Source: a virus. Taken from it: a stretch of DNA of 64,000 nt. The position numbers and the translations under genes were made by a program. Within the stretch, counting starts at the first letter, position 1; each line of letters starts with the position of its first letter. Of the stretch, positions 1-10,200 are shown piece by piece. A model generated the notes under the pieces. The model was not told the origin of the DNA and did no database searches. It saw only the letters and a list, made by a program, of their open reading frames with translations. The DNA is taken from the IMG/VR virus record IMGVR_UViG_3300030107_006047, positions 8,061-72,060 of that record; one strand, given 5' to 3'.

Positions 1-1
1 G

Positions 2-244
2 ACCTTCCCTTATTATGACCGTGGTCTCGGGGTGATGTTACAGAACAAGCAACACCGCAGAGACATCTGTAAGGAGAGGGGCCTTACTCCAGTTGAGGGT
101 GACTGGGATGTTGAAAGCGAATATTCAAAGTGGGACAGTCGCGTTGATCAAGAAACCAAAGAGTATGAACAATACTGCGAAAGGCTTGACAAAGACCCCG
201 CATTCAAAGATTTTAGAAAACAACAAGACTTAGGTCTTATCTAA
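2..244 (+). CDS. Hypothetical phage protein, 5'-truncated (likely the small gene following the portal)
   Basis: Frame is open from base 2 (TFPYYDRGLGVMLQNK...) to TAA at 244; next gene has an AGGAG RBS. Confidence 0.6.
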   Translation, partial: TFPYYDRGLGVMLQNKQHRRDICKERGLTPVEGDWDVESEYSKWDSRVDQETKEYEQYCERLDKDPAFKDFRKQQDLGLI

Positions 245-254
245 GGAGTATCAA

Positions 255-920
255 ATGCCAGTAGATCCTAAAACCGGAGAGAACCTGCCATATCCAGGTG
301 AACCCGGATACGATCCGAACGACCCACGACAGCAAGCGGCAATGGAGGCAGAAGCAATGCCTCCTGGTGGCGAAGCAATGCCTCCTGGTGGCGAAGAGAT
401 GCCGATGGAAGGTGAGGTAGAAGAAGTCGATCAGATGATGGCTGATGATGCAGCAATGCGTGCTGATGCAATTGCAGCCTCTGCCCCGGAGCCTTCTAAG
501 CCGTACACTGTTCGGGCGATTCAGACTTTGGTTGATCAGTTTAACGATACTATTGATGCTCTTGGTGGCGAGGATCTTCCAGAGGTTGAGTTCATGTCCC
601 CCGAGGGAGAGAAGCGCTGGGAGCAGCCCCTTCCCCCCTCTGTATTTGTACCACTTGTTGCTCTCACCGAATCTTTGAAGCTTATTGGTGGCGGCGAGTA
701 CCATGAGAAATACGGATTTGATCCAATGGAACTGACCGATGACACGGCTCTTCGGAAGGCTTCAGGTCAGCTTGGCCGCATGGCTAAAGACAAGGATCTT
801 TCTGATATGATGCAACAACCGATTGGTGGTGCTGAACAAGACGCTGAGATGCCCGAGGAAATGCCCCCTCCCCCTGGTGGTTTTTCTGATGAAGACGACA
901 TGCTCGCAGCAGAGATGTGA
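255..920 (+). CDS. Acidic Pro/Glu/Met-rich hypothetical protein of the head module
   Basis: AGGAG RBS, 221 aa, low-complexity ends, EAMPPGG x2. Confidence 0.75.
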   Translation: MPVDPKTGENLPYPGEPGYDPNDPRQQAAMEAEAMPPGGEAMPPGGEEMPMEGEVEEVDQMMADDAAMRADAIAASAPEPSKPYTVRAIQTLVDQFNDTIDALGGEDLPEVEFMSPEGEKRWEQPLPPSVFVPLVALTESLKLIGGGEYHEKYGFDPMELTDDTALRKASGQLGRMAKDKDLSDMMQQPIGGAEQDAEMPEEMPPPPGGFSDEDDMLAAEM

Positions 921-988
921 TTGGTTGCTATAAATCGAAACTAAGTGTTAGAGTCACTTTATGTTTGTGACAAATTTTGGAGAAAAAC

Positions 989-1909
989 ATGGATAATGCC
1001 GAAGTTGGGTCGGTTCCCGTTGAACCTGTAGCAGATCAGACCGAGAACCTTGCGGACTTGGTTGATGTTGCTGCAGAGCCTGTTGATGTTAGTGCGAATG
1101 ATTCAGTCGATACTGGTCAGCCCACATTTAAAGCCCTGGATGCGCAGCTTGATTCAATCGATGAGCTTAAGCACGATGGCTTCTACAAGGACATTACAGA
1201 AGATCACATCAAAGAGCTTCCAACTGTTGCTCGCCGTATTCTTCACAACTTTCGCATTGATAAAAAGCTCCAAGAAAAGAACCACGCCTCTGAAATCAGT
1301 AAGATTAGCAGCAAGATTGAAGAGCGCGAGGCCCGCCTTGCAAAGATGGAGCGAGAGTTTGCTCGTCGCCAGGCGGAGTTTGCCGCAGTCGCAGAAGATC
1401 CAAAGCTAAAAGCTATCCTTGATCAGCCTTCAGATAAGATGCCTGACATCTTTACCGAAGAAGGGATCAACGCAAGAATCCAAAGAGGTATCGCAGAGGG
1501 GGTTCGCAACATCCTCAAGCCGATGCAAGAGTCAGCACAATCAAAAGCAAGAGAGACAGCCTATCTCGATTTTCTCGAGAAACATCCTGAGATGAGGAAC
1601 ACAGAGTTTAAGTCTGAAGTAGCCCGAATGGTTCGGACCAGACGAGACACTGGGGATCCAATCAAAACTCAGGATGCATATCAATTGGTAAAAGCCCGAA
1701 GAATCCTCGCTGAAAAGCAGGCAAAGGCATCCCGTGAAACCAAGGCCCGTGCGCAATCAGCTCGGCGTATTGGTTCAAACACCTCCCGTGGTCGTCCAGG
1801 GGAAGAGGGAATCCCAAAAGACGTTATGAAGCGTGGCGCTAATGCTATCGCTAATTGGCTACAATCAAACCCTGAAGCTGCAAAGAAAATTTCAGCGACC
1901 TTCTCTTAA
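989..1909 (+). CDS. Putative capsid scaffolding protein
   Basis: Directly upstream of the major capsid gene; acidic N-terminus, coiled-coil middle; GGAG RBS before ATG 989. Confidence 0.7.
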   Translation: MDNAEVGSVPVEPVADQTENLADLVDVAAEPVDVSANDSVDTGQPTFKALDAQLDSIDELKHDGFYKDITEDHIKELPTVARRILHNFRIDKKLQEKNHASEISKISSKIEEREARLAKMEREFARRQAEFAAVAEDPKLKAILDQPSDKMPDIFTEEGINARIQRGIAEGVRNILKPMQESAQSKARETAYLDFLEKHPEMRNTEFKSEVARMVRTRRDTGDPIKTQDAYQLVKARRILAEKQAKASRETKARAQSARRIGSNTSRGRPGEEGIPKDVMKRGANAIANWLQSNPEAAKKISATFS

Positions 1910-1929
1910 TTCAAACTTGAGGCCCCAAA

Positions 1930-2973
1930 ATGGCAACTACCGCCCTTACTATTGGTAATGAACTTCTTTCGACGACGATGCACGTCCTCATGAAGGAGTG
2001 GCGCGACGGTGTACACGAATCCGTTGCGTTTCTTGAAGCGCACGACCGTGTTCACGGCGCTGGCAACCCCACCCAAGCTGGCGGAACGCGAATCGTTGTT
2101 CCTCTTGGCTTTGGTGAGCACTCCACCACAACCCGCCTTCAGACTGGTTTCGAGCGCATTGACCTGAGTGTCTCCGATGTGTTCGTGCCTGCAGTCTACA
2201 ACTGGGCTCATGTTGTGCGCCCTGTTGCGATTTCTTCTGAGGAAGAGTTCATCAACCAAGGCGACGCGGCTGTGCTCTCTATCCTTGAGTCTCGCGTGAA
2301 GATGACTGCAAACGCTCTCAAGCGTGAGTTTGTCAAGCAGATCGTAGACGGAAGCCAAACCGGCTGGGAAGACTGGGGAACCTTAAACGGTGTCGATAAC
2401 ACTGCCGGATACCTCGAAGAGGGTGCTGTGGGAACGGGTCAAACCAACTCTGTTGGTGGCGTTGCCAAGAACACCTACTCGGACAAGACTGGTTGGAACA
2501 ACCAGATCTTTGATGGTGCTGGTTCCTTCAACGCTAACGGCCTGGCTGGTCTTTATGACCTTCTTGTCGAGATTAACGCTGTGAGCCCCAATGGGCCCCC
2601 CAACGTGATTCTTGCTTCACGCGCAGGCTTTAAGAACTTGAAGCGTGCCCTGTCTGCTCAAGAGCGATACGTCGATCAGAGCAAGCTTGACGGTGGCCGG
2701 ATGGTTCAGTTGTGGGACGGCATCCAAATCGATGTCGAGTACAACATGCCTACGGCTGGTACGACCACTGGAACTGATCCAATCAGCTTCTACTTCCTGA
2801 ACCTGAACGACCTTCACGTCATGTGGGATCCGAAAGGATACTTCGACCTGTCCGACTTTGAGACTGTGTCTGGTGAGTACGATGTCCGCGCTGCGAAGCT
2901 TCGTTGCCGTGGTCAGCTTATCGCTAAGCACCTTGGCTCTAGCGGTATGGCATTTGACCTGGAAACGTTCTAA
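1930..2973 (+). CDS. Major capsid protein (HK97 fold)
   Basis: 347 aa; GGTRIVVPL, AVYNWAHVVRPVAIS..EE..NQG and LESRVK pattern typical of phage coat proteins; C-ending high-expression codons; followed by terminator. Confidence 0.88.
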   Translation: MATTALTIGNELLSTTMHVLMKEWRDGVHESVAFLEAHDRVHGAGNPTQAGGTRIVVPLGFGEHSTTTRLQTGFERIDLSVSDVFVPAVYNWAHVVRPVAISSEEEFINQGDAAVLSILESRVKMTANALKREFVKQIVDGSQTGWEDWGTLNGVDNTAGYLEEGAVGTGQTNSVGGVAKNTYSDKTGWNNQIFDGAGSFNANGLAGLYDLLVEINAVSPNGPPNVILASRAGFKNLKRALSAQERYVDQSKLDGGRMVQLWDGIQIDVEYNMPTAGTTTGTDPISFYFLNLNDLHVMWDPKGYFDLSDFETVSGEYDVRAAKLRCRGQLIAKHLGSSGMAFDLETF

Positions 2974-2982
2974 TATACCTTT

Positions 2983-3011
2983 GACAGGGGCCATTCCGGC
3001 CCCTGTCTTTT
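2983..3011 (+). terminator. Rho-independent terminator after capsid gene
   Basis: GACAGGGGCC-ATTCC-GGCCCCTGTC-TTTT. Confidence 0.8.
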
Positions 3012-3050
3012 CATCGCCATAAATATCGAAAGAGCGGAGGATATTAAAAA

Positions 3051-3590
3051 ATGGCAATTCATAAGATTGATGGTGGCCCTGGTGGCGAAACCAATCATTT
3101 TCCAAAAAAGTTCGTAACTCTCTACACTGCAGCAGGCATCGCCATTGCTAAAGGTGACTGGGTTGCGATTGATCTTGACGACTCCACAAACGGTCTTGGT
3201 GCCTCTGTTGAGCAAAGCACAGTGGCGCTTCCTCAGTTGGTGTTTGGTGTTGCTACTGAGGCGAAAGCACTCAACGACAGTGGAAACATTCGAGTCCAGG
3301 TTGCTGGATACTACGGCCATGAGGATGGCTCTTCGGCAACTCTCGCAGCAGGCGAGGGTGCAAACGTAGAGACCAGCGTGGCTGCAGGAGACTTTATCGT
3401 TGCATCCCTCACGACTGCAGGTCGGGCTCAAGAAGTCGATAACAATGCAATCGTTGTCGGAAACAGCCAAGCAAATATCCAGACTGCAATGCGAATTGCT
3501 CGTGTTGGTATTGCTTTGGAAGCCGCTGGAGCTAACAACTACGGCGCAAACGAGACCGGCGTTATGATCATTGACCAGGGTTACTTCTAG
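3051..3590 (+). CDS. Putative capsid cement/decoration protein
   Basis: Follows the capsid gene; Ala/Gly-rich beta pattern (IAKGDWVAI, FGVATEA, VAAGDFIV, VGIALEA). Confidence 0.65.
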   Translation: MAIHKIDGGPGGETNHFPKKFVTLYTAAGIAIAKGDWVAIDLDDSTNGLGASVEQSTVALPQLVFGVATEAKALNDSGNIRVQVAGYYGHEDGSSATLAAGEGANVETSVAAGDFIVASLTTAGRAQEVDNNAIVVGNSQANIQTAMRIARVGIALEAAGANNYGANETGVMIIDQGYF

Positions 3591-3631
3591 TCATAGAACT
3601 CCCACCTCGGGGTTCCCTTAGCCCCACCCTT

Positions 3632-3675
3632 CCGGCGACTGGGGCTCCCAACTCCCAGTCGCCGGTTTTGTTTTT
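3632..3675 (+). terminator. Rho-independent terminator
   Basis: CCGGCGACTGGG...CCCAGTCGCCGG followed by TTTTGTTTTT. Confidence 0.75.
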
Positions 3676-3685
3676 GTGAGGGCTC

Positions 3686-4999
3686 ATGAACTTTAAAGAA
3701 ATCAGGGAAGAAATAAACTCTGCCCTTGACTACAACCCAGACCTTTCGGCCTATAAAGACCAAGCCTCTCGGGTAATTAATCGAAATTACCTGCAGATTA
3801 GCAGTCAGCATCAGTGGCTTTTCTTGCAAGATCTTAGGTCGTTTCAGCTAAAAGCTACGATTAGCGGAACAACAACGAGCATCAACGTCACCATTGATGC
3901 CAGTAATCTTAGGCTTGTGACGGCTGCTTCAGGCACCCCTTTCTCTGAGGAAATGGAAGGCCAGACCTTTGTTGCCCCTGATGGGACAGAGGTCGATATC
4001 GTAAGGGTAGCAACCGCAACAACTCTTTACCTTGCGGCTGAAGTCTCGGCGGCTGCTGCAAGCGCGAGTTGGACTATTCGCTTTGATAGATATGCTCTCC
4101 CAAGTGACTGTGTCGAGGTTCTTGGGGTGATGTCTCGAGAAGATGAGCGTGGTCGCCTTAGCTTTGTAAATATGCGAAAAGAAGAGGAGCAGTTTCTCGA
4201 TAAGGACGTGACGGGCGATCCCCTTGTAATGATCGAGGAGGAATCGAATGAGTTTCAACGACCCCCAGATCAAAAGCCCTCGCTTACCGTAGACAATAGC
4301 GGAAGCACAAATGCTCTTGCCGGAGATGTAACCTATCAATATTGCTATACGATTGTGTCTCAGGGCCTTGAGAGTGCGCCATCGTTGGTTTCTGAGGCAA
4401 CGACACAAAGCAGTACATCGTACCAAACCATCACTGTTAGCAACCTGGAGGACTTGAGGTGGTCATCTGACGGATCAACCTACAGGGAGTCTGGAAAGAG
4501 GAAATACCTTTACAGGCGAGACAAGACAAACGGCACTCGGTGGGTGTTGGTTGCCAAGATTGACGCGACAACAACAAGCTACACCGATGAGACCGTCTTG
4601 CCGTCATCAACGTCTGGAACGAGCACATACGATTACGATCAGGTGGTTAACTTTTATGACTCAGGTCCTCGTCAATACGTCCGATTTTGGTGGACGGCAT
4701 CTTCCGACAAGACATTTGAGATCCGATACATGCAGAGACCACGAAGAATGTCTGCCGACTACGATGTCCCAGCGTGGCCTGTTCAATATCACCACCTCCT
4801 TGTGTACAAGTCTTTAGAGGACATTTGTCTTCAGAACGGAATGGCTACTCACAGCCAGCTTTATTCAAGAAGGGCGGATGAGCTGCTCCTTAGAATGAAA
4901 CAGAAGTATTTGAGCCGTTCAGATAGAATGTTTGTGCGAAGAGGGTTCGACAAGGATCTTCTTGAGGCTGAGCGCTGGGGTATTCCTACAAAGGTTTAG
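3686..4999 (+). CDS. Head-tail adaptor (tail tubular A-like) with inserted beta domains
   Basis: N-terminal helices ending WLFL, YALPSDC and C-terminal D-VPAWPVQYHHLLVY motifs typical of adaptor proteins; position after head genes. Confidence 0.7.
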   Translation: MNFKEIREEINSALDYNPDLSAYKDQASRVINRNYLQISSQHQWLFLQDLRSFQLKATISGTTTSINVTIDASNLRLVTAASGTPFSEEMEGQTFVAPDGTEVDIVRVATATTLYLAAEVSAAAASASWTIRFDRYALPSDCVEVLGVMSREDERGRLSFVNMRKEEEQFLDKDVTGDPLVMIEEESNEFQRPPDQKPSLTVDNSGSTNALAGDVTYQYCYTIVSQGLESAPSLVSEATTQSSTSYQTITVSNLEDLRWSSDGSTYRESGKRKYLYRRDKTNGTRWVLVAKIDATTTSYTDETVLPSSTSGTSTYDYDQVVNFYDSGPRQYVRFWWTASSDKTFEIRYMQRPRRMSADYDVPAWPVQYHHLLVYKSLEDICLQNGMATHSQLYSRRADELLLRMKQKYLSRSDRMFVRRGFDKDLLEAERWGIPTKV

Positions 5000-5001
5000 T
5001 A

Positions 5002-7398
5002 ATGAAAACTGCTACATTTCAAGTCGCCAAACTTCGGGGCATCGAACAACGATGGCACCCAGAACCGGGTACTGCCGACCGCATCAGGGACATGACATGG
5101 GACCCAAAAGACGGTTGGAAGGATTGTGGTGGATCAATTGAAATTGCTACTACTTCATCAAGCAATGAGGCAGATAACTTGGCGGGGTCTGGTTCTGCTG
5201 CTTCCTACTCTTCTTCCCAAAAGAATCCGTTTGAAAACCAAGGGGAGATCATTAGTATTCACTGGTTTGCGCAGCACAATGGCGCAAGACAGTGGCTGAT
5301 GTGGGAGGATGCAGACGGGCTGCTAAAGTATTTCAACGGTTCTCTTGCGGACAGAACAGGGACACAGAACCCTTGGACGACAGTGGTAGACATCTTCGGT
5401 AATGACTTGCCTGCTCGAAAAGTCTTGTCTACCCCGTATGCAAGAACACAGTCCCAGACATGGGGCGGAAGGATTTATTTTGCTAACGGCTACGACGAGG
5501 TCATTGTATTTAATGGAAATCATGTAGAAAAAGCAGGATACACATCAAGACCAACACCGCCCTCCGCAACGGCTCTAAATGGAATGGGCTCTGACGGTGT
5601 GCATGCTACTGTTTTTTATTCGAATGGAAACGACGTTAACCCCAAGGAGTACCATGACCTCGAGGGCGTTGGTCTTGGTGGCCAAAACATGGACGCAGAC
5701 TCGGTAAAGGGATCCATCCTTGCCAGTAACACCAATGGCGTAGATTTTGGAAAAAGAAAGTGCGGCTATCGCTATAAGGTCACTTACCTAAACAGCCGTG
5801 GAGCAGAGTCTGCACCATCAGACGCCAGCGGTCTTTGTTTTTTTGAAAACGGAGGGGCTTTTTATAGCTTGGATAAGTGGTGGACCGATACCTTTTCTAG
5901 GGTCAACGAAGACGGAAGAACCTTTGTAAGCGTAGACATTCCAAAGGGCCCGCCAGGCACTGTTGCGAGGAGGATTTACCGTACAAGAAGTCTTTATAAT
6001 TCTTCGAGCGAGCTAACCTCCAGGGGGCAGGGCGATGATTTTTATTTTTTAGATGAAATCCAAGACAACTACACAACGATTTTTGAAGACGGGAAGCCTG
6101 ATCAATACCTTGGTCCACTTTTATTAGAAGATGACTTTGGCCCGATTCCTTCTGGAGTCACGATGATGGCCTCATTCAAGAACACCATGTTTATGGCTGG
6201 TCATTCTGGAAGCGAAGTCGTCTATAGCGCCCCGTTGCTTCCAGAGATTTTCCCTGTGGACAATGTCTTTTTTATTGGAGACTCAGACGAGGGGCCGATT
6301 ACCGGCATGTACTCTACAAAAAATGCGCTCGTTGTGTTTAAGCAAAAGGGCGTTTATTTGATAAAAGGAGACCCGCTGAACGGATTTGACGCCGTAACCC
6401 TTACCAAGGACGTTGGGTGCGCCTCTCCTAAAAGCATCGCAGAGCTTCCCGGTATTGGTCTTGTCTTTCTTTCAGAAGACGGAATCTACCTTCTCAAAGG
6501 GGCCCTGGAAAACACAGGAACTCCCACCGGCATCGTCAATATCGGAACACCTATTCCAGACTTACTTAAGAAGCTCAATACGTCAGCACTGCTCAATGCG
6601 TGTGGGACCATTTACCATAAAGACAAAGAGTACTGGTTGGCGGTGCCGACGCTTGGATCGGAAAAGAATGATCTTGTTCTGGTCTACCATTACGAAGTGG
6701 GAGCATGGAGCTATAGAGAGAACTTTCCAATTGGATGCATGGTGGAGTCTAGAGACCACAGAGGGTATTTGTTTTATGGAAGCAATGCGTCTGGCGCTGA
6801 AAGCGAAACAAATCCAGGCGTTACAGCGCAGGGGGTCTACGCCTACAGTCGTGGGGCTAAAGCTCGAGGGCACTTTTACTCAGGCCCATACGCCACATCA
6901 GATATTCGCAAGGTTCGCCCGCTTTATGAGACCTCTTCGATTGATTTCGGCAGCGTGTACACAAGTGTCCAACCGGCTCACGTTATCGTGTATGCCGTCG
7001 CATATGGCAACAACGATCTTCAGCTTAACTACCGTGTAAACAGGGCCGTCTCTCAGCTTAGATCTTCAGAACAAAGCTCTGACCAGCAGGACCCAAATGA
7101 TCGCCAGTCTATTTATGGGGCCGTGAGTGACGCAGAACGCTCAAACACATATCCTCCATCAATACCTGCAACATGGGGGCCCAATAATGCCAACGCTGGG
7201 TATTGGGCTAATGCCAGGCCGGTTCCAATTCGGTTTGACGTAAGCGCTGCTTCTTCTGGACCAGCCCGAGAAATGCAATTCACTTTTTCTCCCTACAGCC
7301 GACAGATTCAAATCGTTGGTTATGACATTGAAGTGAAGCTCGGAGAACAGAGAAATATCAAGCCCCTTAATGAGGCGCTTGCCACATCAAGGAGATGA
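5002..7398 (+). CDS. Tail nozzle / stabilisation protein (tail tubular B or P22 gp10-like beta-propeller)
   Basis: 798 aa; GRIYFANG, FKNTMFMAG, GPITGM..LVVFKQ..VYLIKG, DVGCASPKSI, VFLSEDGIY, LVYHY...W blades. Confidence 0.75.
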   Translation: MKTATFQVAKLRGIEQRWHPEPGTADRIRDMTWDPKDGWKDCGGSIEIATTSSSNEADNLAGSGSAASYSSSQKNPFENQGEIISIHWFAQHNGARQWLMWEDADGLLKYFNGSLADRTGTQNPWTTVVDIFGNDLPARKVLSTPYARTQSQTWGGRIYFANGYDEVIVFNGNHVEKAGYTSRPTPPSATALNGMGSDGVHATVFYSNGNDVNPKEYHDLEGVGLGGQNMDADSVKGSILASNTNGVDFGKRKCGYRYKVTYLNSRGAESAPSDASGLCFFENGGAFYSLDKWWTDTFSRVNEDGRTFVSVDIPKGPPGTVARRIYRTRSLYNSSSELTSRGQGDDFYFLDEIQDNYTTIFEDGKPDQYLGPLLLEDDFGPIPSGVTMMASFKNTMFMAGHSGSEVVYSAPLLPEIFPVDNVFFIGDSDEGPITGMYSTKNALVVFKQKGVYLIKGDPLNGFDAVTLTKDVGCASPKSIAELPGIGLVFLSEDGIYLLKGALENTGTPTGIVNIGTPIPDLLKKLNTSALLNACGTIYHKDKEYWLAVPTLGSEKNDLVLVYHYEVGAWSYRENFPIGCMVESRDHRGYLFYGSNASGAESETNPGVTAQGVYAYSRGAKARGHFYSGPYATSDIRKVRPLYETSSIDFGSVYTSVQPAHVIVYAVAYGNNDLQLNYRVNRAVSQLRSSEQSSDQQDPNDRQSIYGAVSDAERSNTYPPSIPATWGPNNANAGYWANARPVPIRFDVSAASSGPAREMQFTFSPYSRQIQIVGYDIEVKLGEQRNIKPLNEALATSRR

Positions 7399-7399
7399 C

Positions 7400-8269
7400 A
7401 TGGCTTGGAAGTATAGGCAGGAGTTCCATGAAGAGGGTGATGCCATTATCCCAGACGATTGGATTGAAAACCAAAACGAGTTTGTGTCCGAGTTCAATGG
7501 GTTTCTGGACAGGGATAACTTTAGAGACAACGGGTTTAGTAGGCACAATGGCGTAAGCACCTCGTCTGATCAAAACGCTCTGCCGGTTGTTGCCGCGAAC
7601 ACATTCAATGATTTTTATGTATACGCTAAATCGACATTTACCGTGCTTGATCCGTCTGAAGAGTCGGTACAAATGCTGGATCTTGGAGGAGACAAGGAGT
7701 CTGTTGGGTGGAGTTCCAAGGGCGTCGCGTGGAGAACATCTGCACTATCGTACCCCTATGATGACGACGCAGAGACGCCGGAATTAGACATAACCCTGTC
7801 AGACGGTGGCCTCTTTATTGTGGAGTTTTCTGCCAACTTTAAGTGGTTTGGAAGGGATGAGTATCTTCAGAAAGACGTAAACGGAAACCCAGAAGCAGCC
7901 TGGGGCGGGATTCACAATCCATCATGGGGTGATGGTTCTGAAGGACACCTTTGGGATGTTTATGTTCCAGACGATGACCCAAATGACCGGGTGGGACCGA
8001 GGCGCATGTTCGCCTGCATAAAGTTTAGAGTTGTATGCAACGGTGGAATTATTGCTGAGTCTGGTTGGTACGCGAATCATGTCCAGCGCAACTCTGTGTA
8101 TCTTGTCGGAGCGGCCCCGGTAACGGCTGGAAACGCGCAAGTTAGGGTTGAATATAAGCTTGCGTATGTTGATAATCGTATTCCGGGTGAAAGCATAGAA
8201 AGAGCCGGGGTAATTCAGCCTGTTCGTATGTTCGAGCGTGAACTCATCGTCAACCATAGGAAGCGGTAG
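7400..8269 (+). CDS. Putative tail protein
   Basis: AGGAG RBS before ATG 7400; in the tail operon; beta-rich C-terminus. Confidence 0.6.
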   Translation: MAWKYRQEFHEEGDAIIPDDWIENQNEFVSEFNGFLDRDNFRDNGFSRHNGVSTSSDQNALPVVAANTFNDFYVYAKSTFTVLDPSEESVQMLDLGGDKESVGWSSKGVAWRTSALSYPYDDDAETPELDITLSDGGLFIVEFSANFKWFGRDEYLQKDVNGNPEAAWGGIHNPSWGDGSEGHLWDVYVPDDDPNDRVGPRRMFACIKFRVVCNGGIIAESGWYANHVQRNSVYLVGAAPVTAGNAQVRVEYKLAYVDNRIPGESIERAGVIQPVRMFERELIVNHRKR

Positions 8270-8270
8270 C

Positions 8271-9263
8271 ATGTCGAGAGTAAACATTAAAGACATCAAC
8301 CCCGGAAACGTTCTCGATGTAGCGGATGTTGGGGACACAATAGATTCGTGGGTTTCAGCCACAACTCCAACAGGAAACGCCGCCGTTGATGGGGGTATTG
8401 GTTCAGACAACATTCGAGACGAGGGGATTGATCGGCGCATGTTTTTGCTTAGAGACGTTGTCACTACTGGTGGCAGCACTGAAAGCAACGCCGGAACCAA
8501 TACGAGCGGGCAGACCGAAAGCAGTGGCTGGGACTATATTGTCCAGGGTGGGCGGTGTGACGGTCAATGGGGGATATACAATCCAAATACCAGCACTTCT
8601 TCTACTGATACAATCATTGGGCCCCTGACGTATAGCTCTGCGGACAATCACATGATGATTATTCGGTATTCTTTAGATATCGCAGAGGCTCCGAGCTTTA
8701 CCAAAGCTATTGGCGATTATTGGGGTTCTGGGGGATACTCTAAGTCGTGGAACATGAAGACTAAGATTCAGACCCGCCTGGTCTGGATTGAGTCCTCTTC
8801 GCGCCCAACAAACAGCTCTATCTGGAACGTAATGCCAGTAACAAGAAGGGTTATCCAGATGGGGCCGTTTGGGTTTCAGGCACCTATTGCGGAAAGCGAC
8901 GACCAACTTGGTCTTCCAAACCTGGATACGTCCACATACAACCACTGGTTGAATAGCCCTGATGATGACAACTATTCCCAGGCTGCTGGCATATTTGCCG
9001 ACAAAACTCGACTGCGCGGGAACATCTGCGCAAGCCACGTTTTTGATTCTGTGAACATGATGTCGAACGCTGGAAACTTTCCCTCAAGTGGTTCCGCTGG
9101 TACACACCGTCGCACCGGCTACCACACGTCGGGCTTTACTACCACTAACACTACGACGCTTTGGATTGGCTTGCAGGTAAGGGTTGATGGTTGGGACGAT
9201 AACGATTCGGCGAAGGTCGCAATAAACAATGCAAGCCTTATCGCTAGAACCTTTGTGAGGTAA
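8271..9263 (+). CDS. Putative tail protein
   Basis: Starts 1 nt after previous stop; Ser/Thr/Gly-rich; beta-rich C-terminus. Confidence 0.6.
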   Translation: MSRVNIKDINPGNVLDVADVGDTIDSWVSATTPTGNAAVDGGIGSDNIRDEGIDRRMFLLRDVVTTGGSTESNAGTNTSGQTESSGWDYIVQGGRCDGQWGIYNPNTSTSSTDTIIGPLTYSSADNHMMIIRYSLDIAEAPSFTKAIGDYWGSGGYSKSWNMKTKIQTRLVWIESSSRPTNSSIWNVMPVTRRVIQMGPFGFQAPIAESDDQLGLPNLDTSTYNHWLNSPDDDNYSQAAGIFADKTRLRGNICASHVFDSVNMMSNAGNFPSSGSAGTHRRTGYHTSGFTTTNTTTLWIGLQVRVDGWDDNDSAKVAINNASLIARTFVR

Positions 9264-9266
9264 AAC

Positions 9267-10157
9267 ATGCCAATTCAACCACCAGCAAAACCTGTAGATG
9301 GAGATGAAGTTCAAATTAGCTTCTTCAATGATGTTTACACAGAGAGCGAGGTGTACCTCAACAAGGCTATTAAGCCATTTGCAGACTTTAAGAGTACCGC
9401 TACCGGCACAAGCCCGGTTGTCAAAACGCGCCACATTTACAAGCCTGATTTTTATGGAAGCCCTTCTACTAGGTGTGAAGCGGTAAGTAGTGAAACCTAC
9501 TGGAGGCAGTTGGGCCACGGTATCGAGTACACATCGTTTCACCATCCAACAGCTAGCACCTCAAAAACAAAAAGATCGACGAATGGCTGGGTTCCGGTGA
9601 GGAACCTTGGGGCTACGATACACATTCAAGAAAACAACACACCCGTGACCATCCTTTCCAGTTTCTATGCATACGAAATGGGTGGCGCTTTGGAGGGGTG
9701 GGGAGACGGTGTTACCAATTCTACAGGAAGTGGAAGCTACAGAGCGCTTGGCACGTCACTTGACGGAAAGCTTGAAATGGAGTGGTGCGCCGAGTTCGTT
9801 CTTTTTATTGATGGAGCCCGCGTAGACTACACCGACCGATTCTTGTACGCATCTACGGCTTGGCAGCACATGCACTCCAGAAAACAGTTTTCTATTGTGT
9901 ATTCAAAGACTCTAAGCGCAGGCATTCACCACATAAACATTATGTGCAACGTGAGGTCCTTGAAGGGAGCGCCTGGAATGGGGGCGGACGATGAAGCCAG
10001 CTCAGGGTCTATCATAGCGCCTACTGGCATAGAAAATGTTGATGGACTTCGTGGCTACAGAAACACGGCGCAATCCCAAAAAAGGTTCCCTTCCGCAGCC
10101 TGGAAACACATCATGGTTGGCGGCAGGAGTCTTATTGTAGATGTACACGCGCTATAG
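9267..10157 (+). CDS. Putative tail protein
   Basis: GAGG RBS; same architecture as the two preceding genes. Confidence 0.6.
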   Translation: MPIQPPAKPVDGDEVQISFFNDVYTESEVYLNKAIKPFADFKSTATGTSPVVKTRHIYKPDFYGSPSTRCEAVSSETYWRQLGHGIEYTSFHHPTASTSKTKRSTNGWVPVRNLGATIHIQENNTPVTILSSFYAYEMGGALEGWGDGVTNSTGSGSYRALGTSLDGKLEMEWCAEFVLFIDGARVDYTDRFLYASTAWQHMHSRKQFSIVYSKTLSAGIHHINIMCNVRSLKGAPGMGADDEASSGSIIAPTGIENVDGLRGYRNTAQSQKRFPSAAWKHIMVGGRSLIVDVHAL

Positions 10158-10200
10158 TTAGTATAAAAGCACTCATACTTCATAGGATAAAGAGAAAAAC

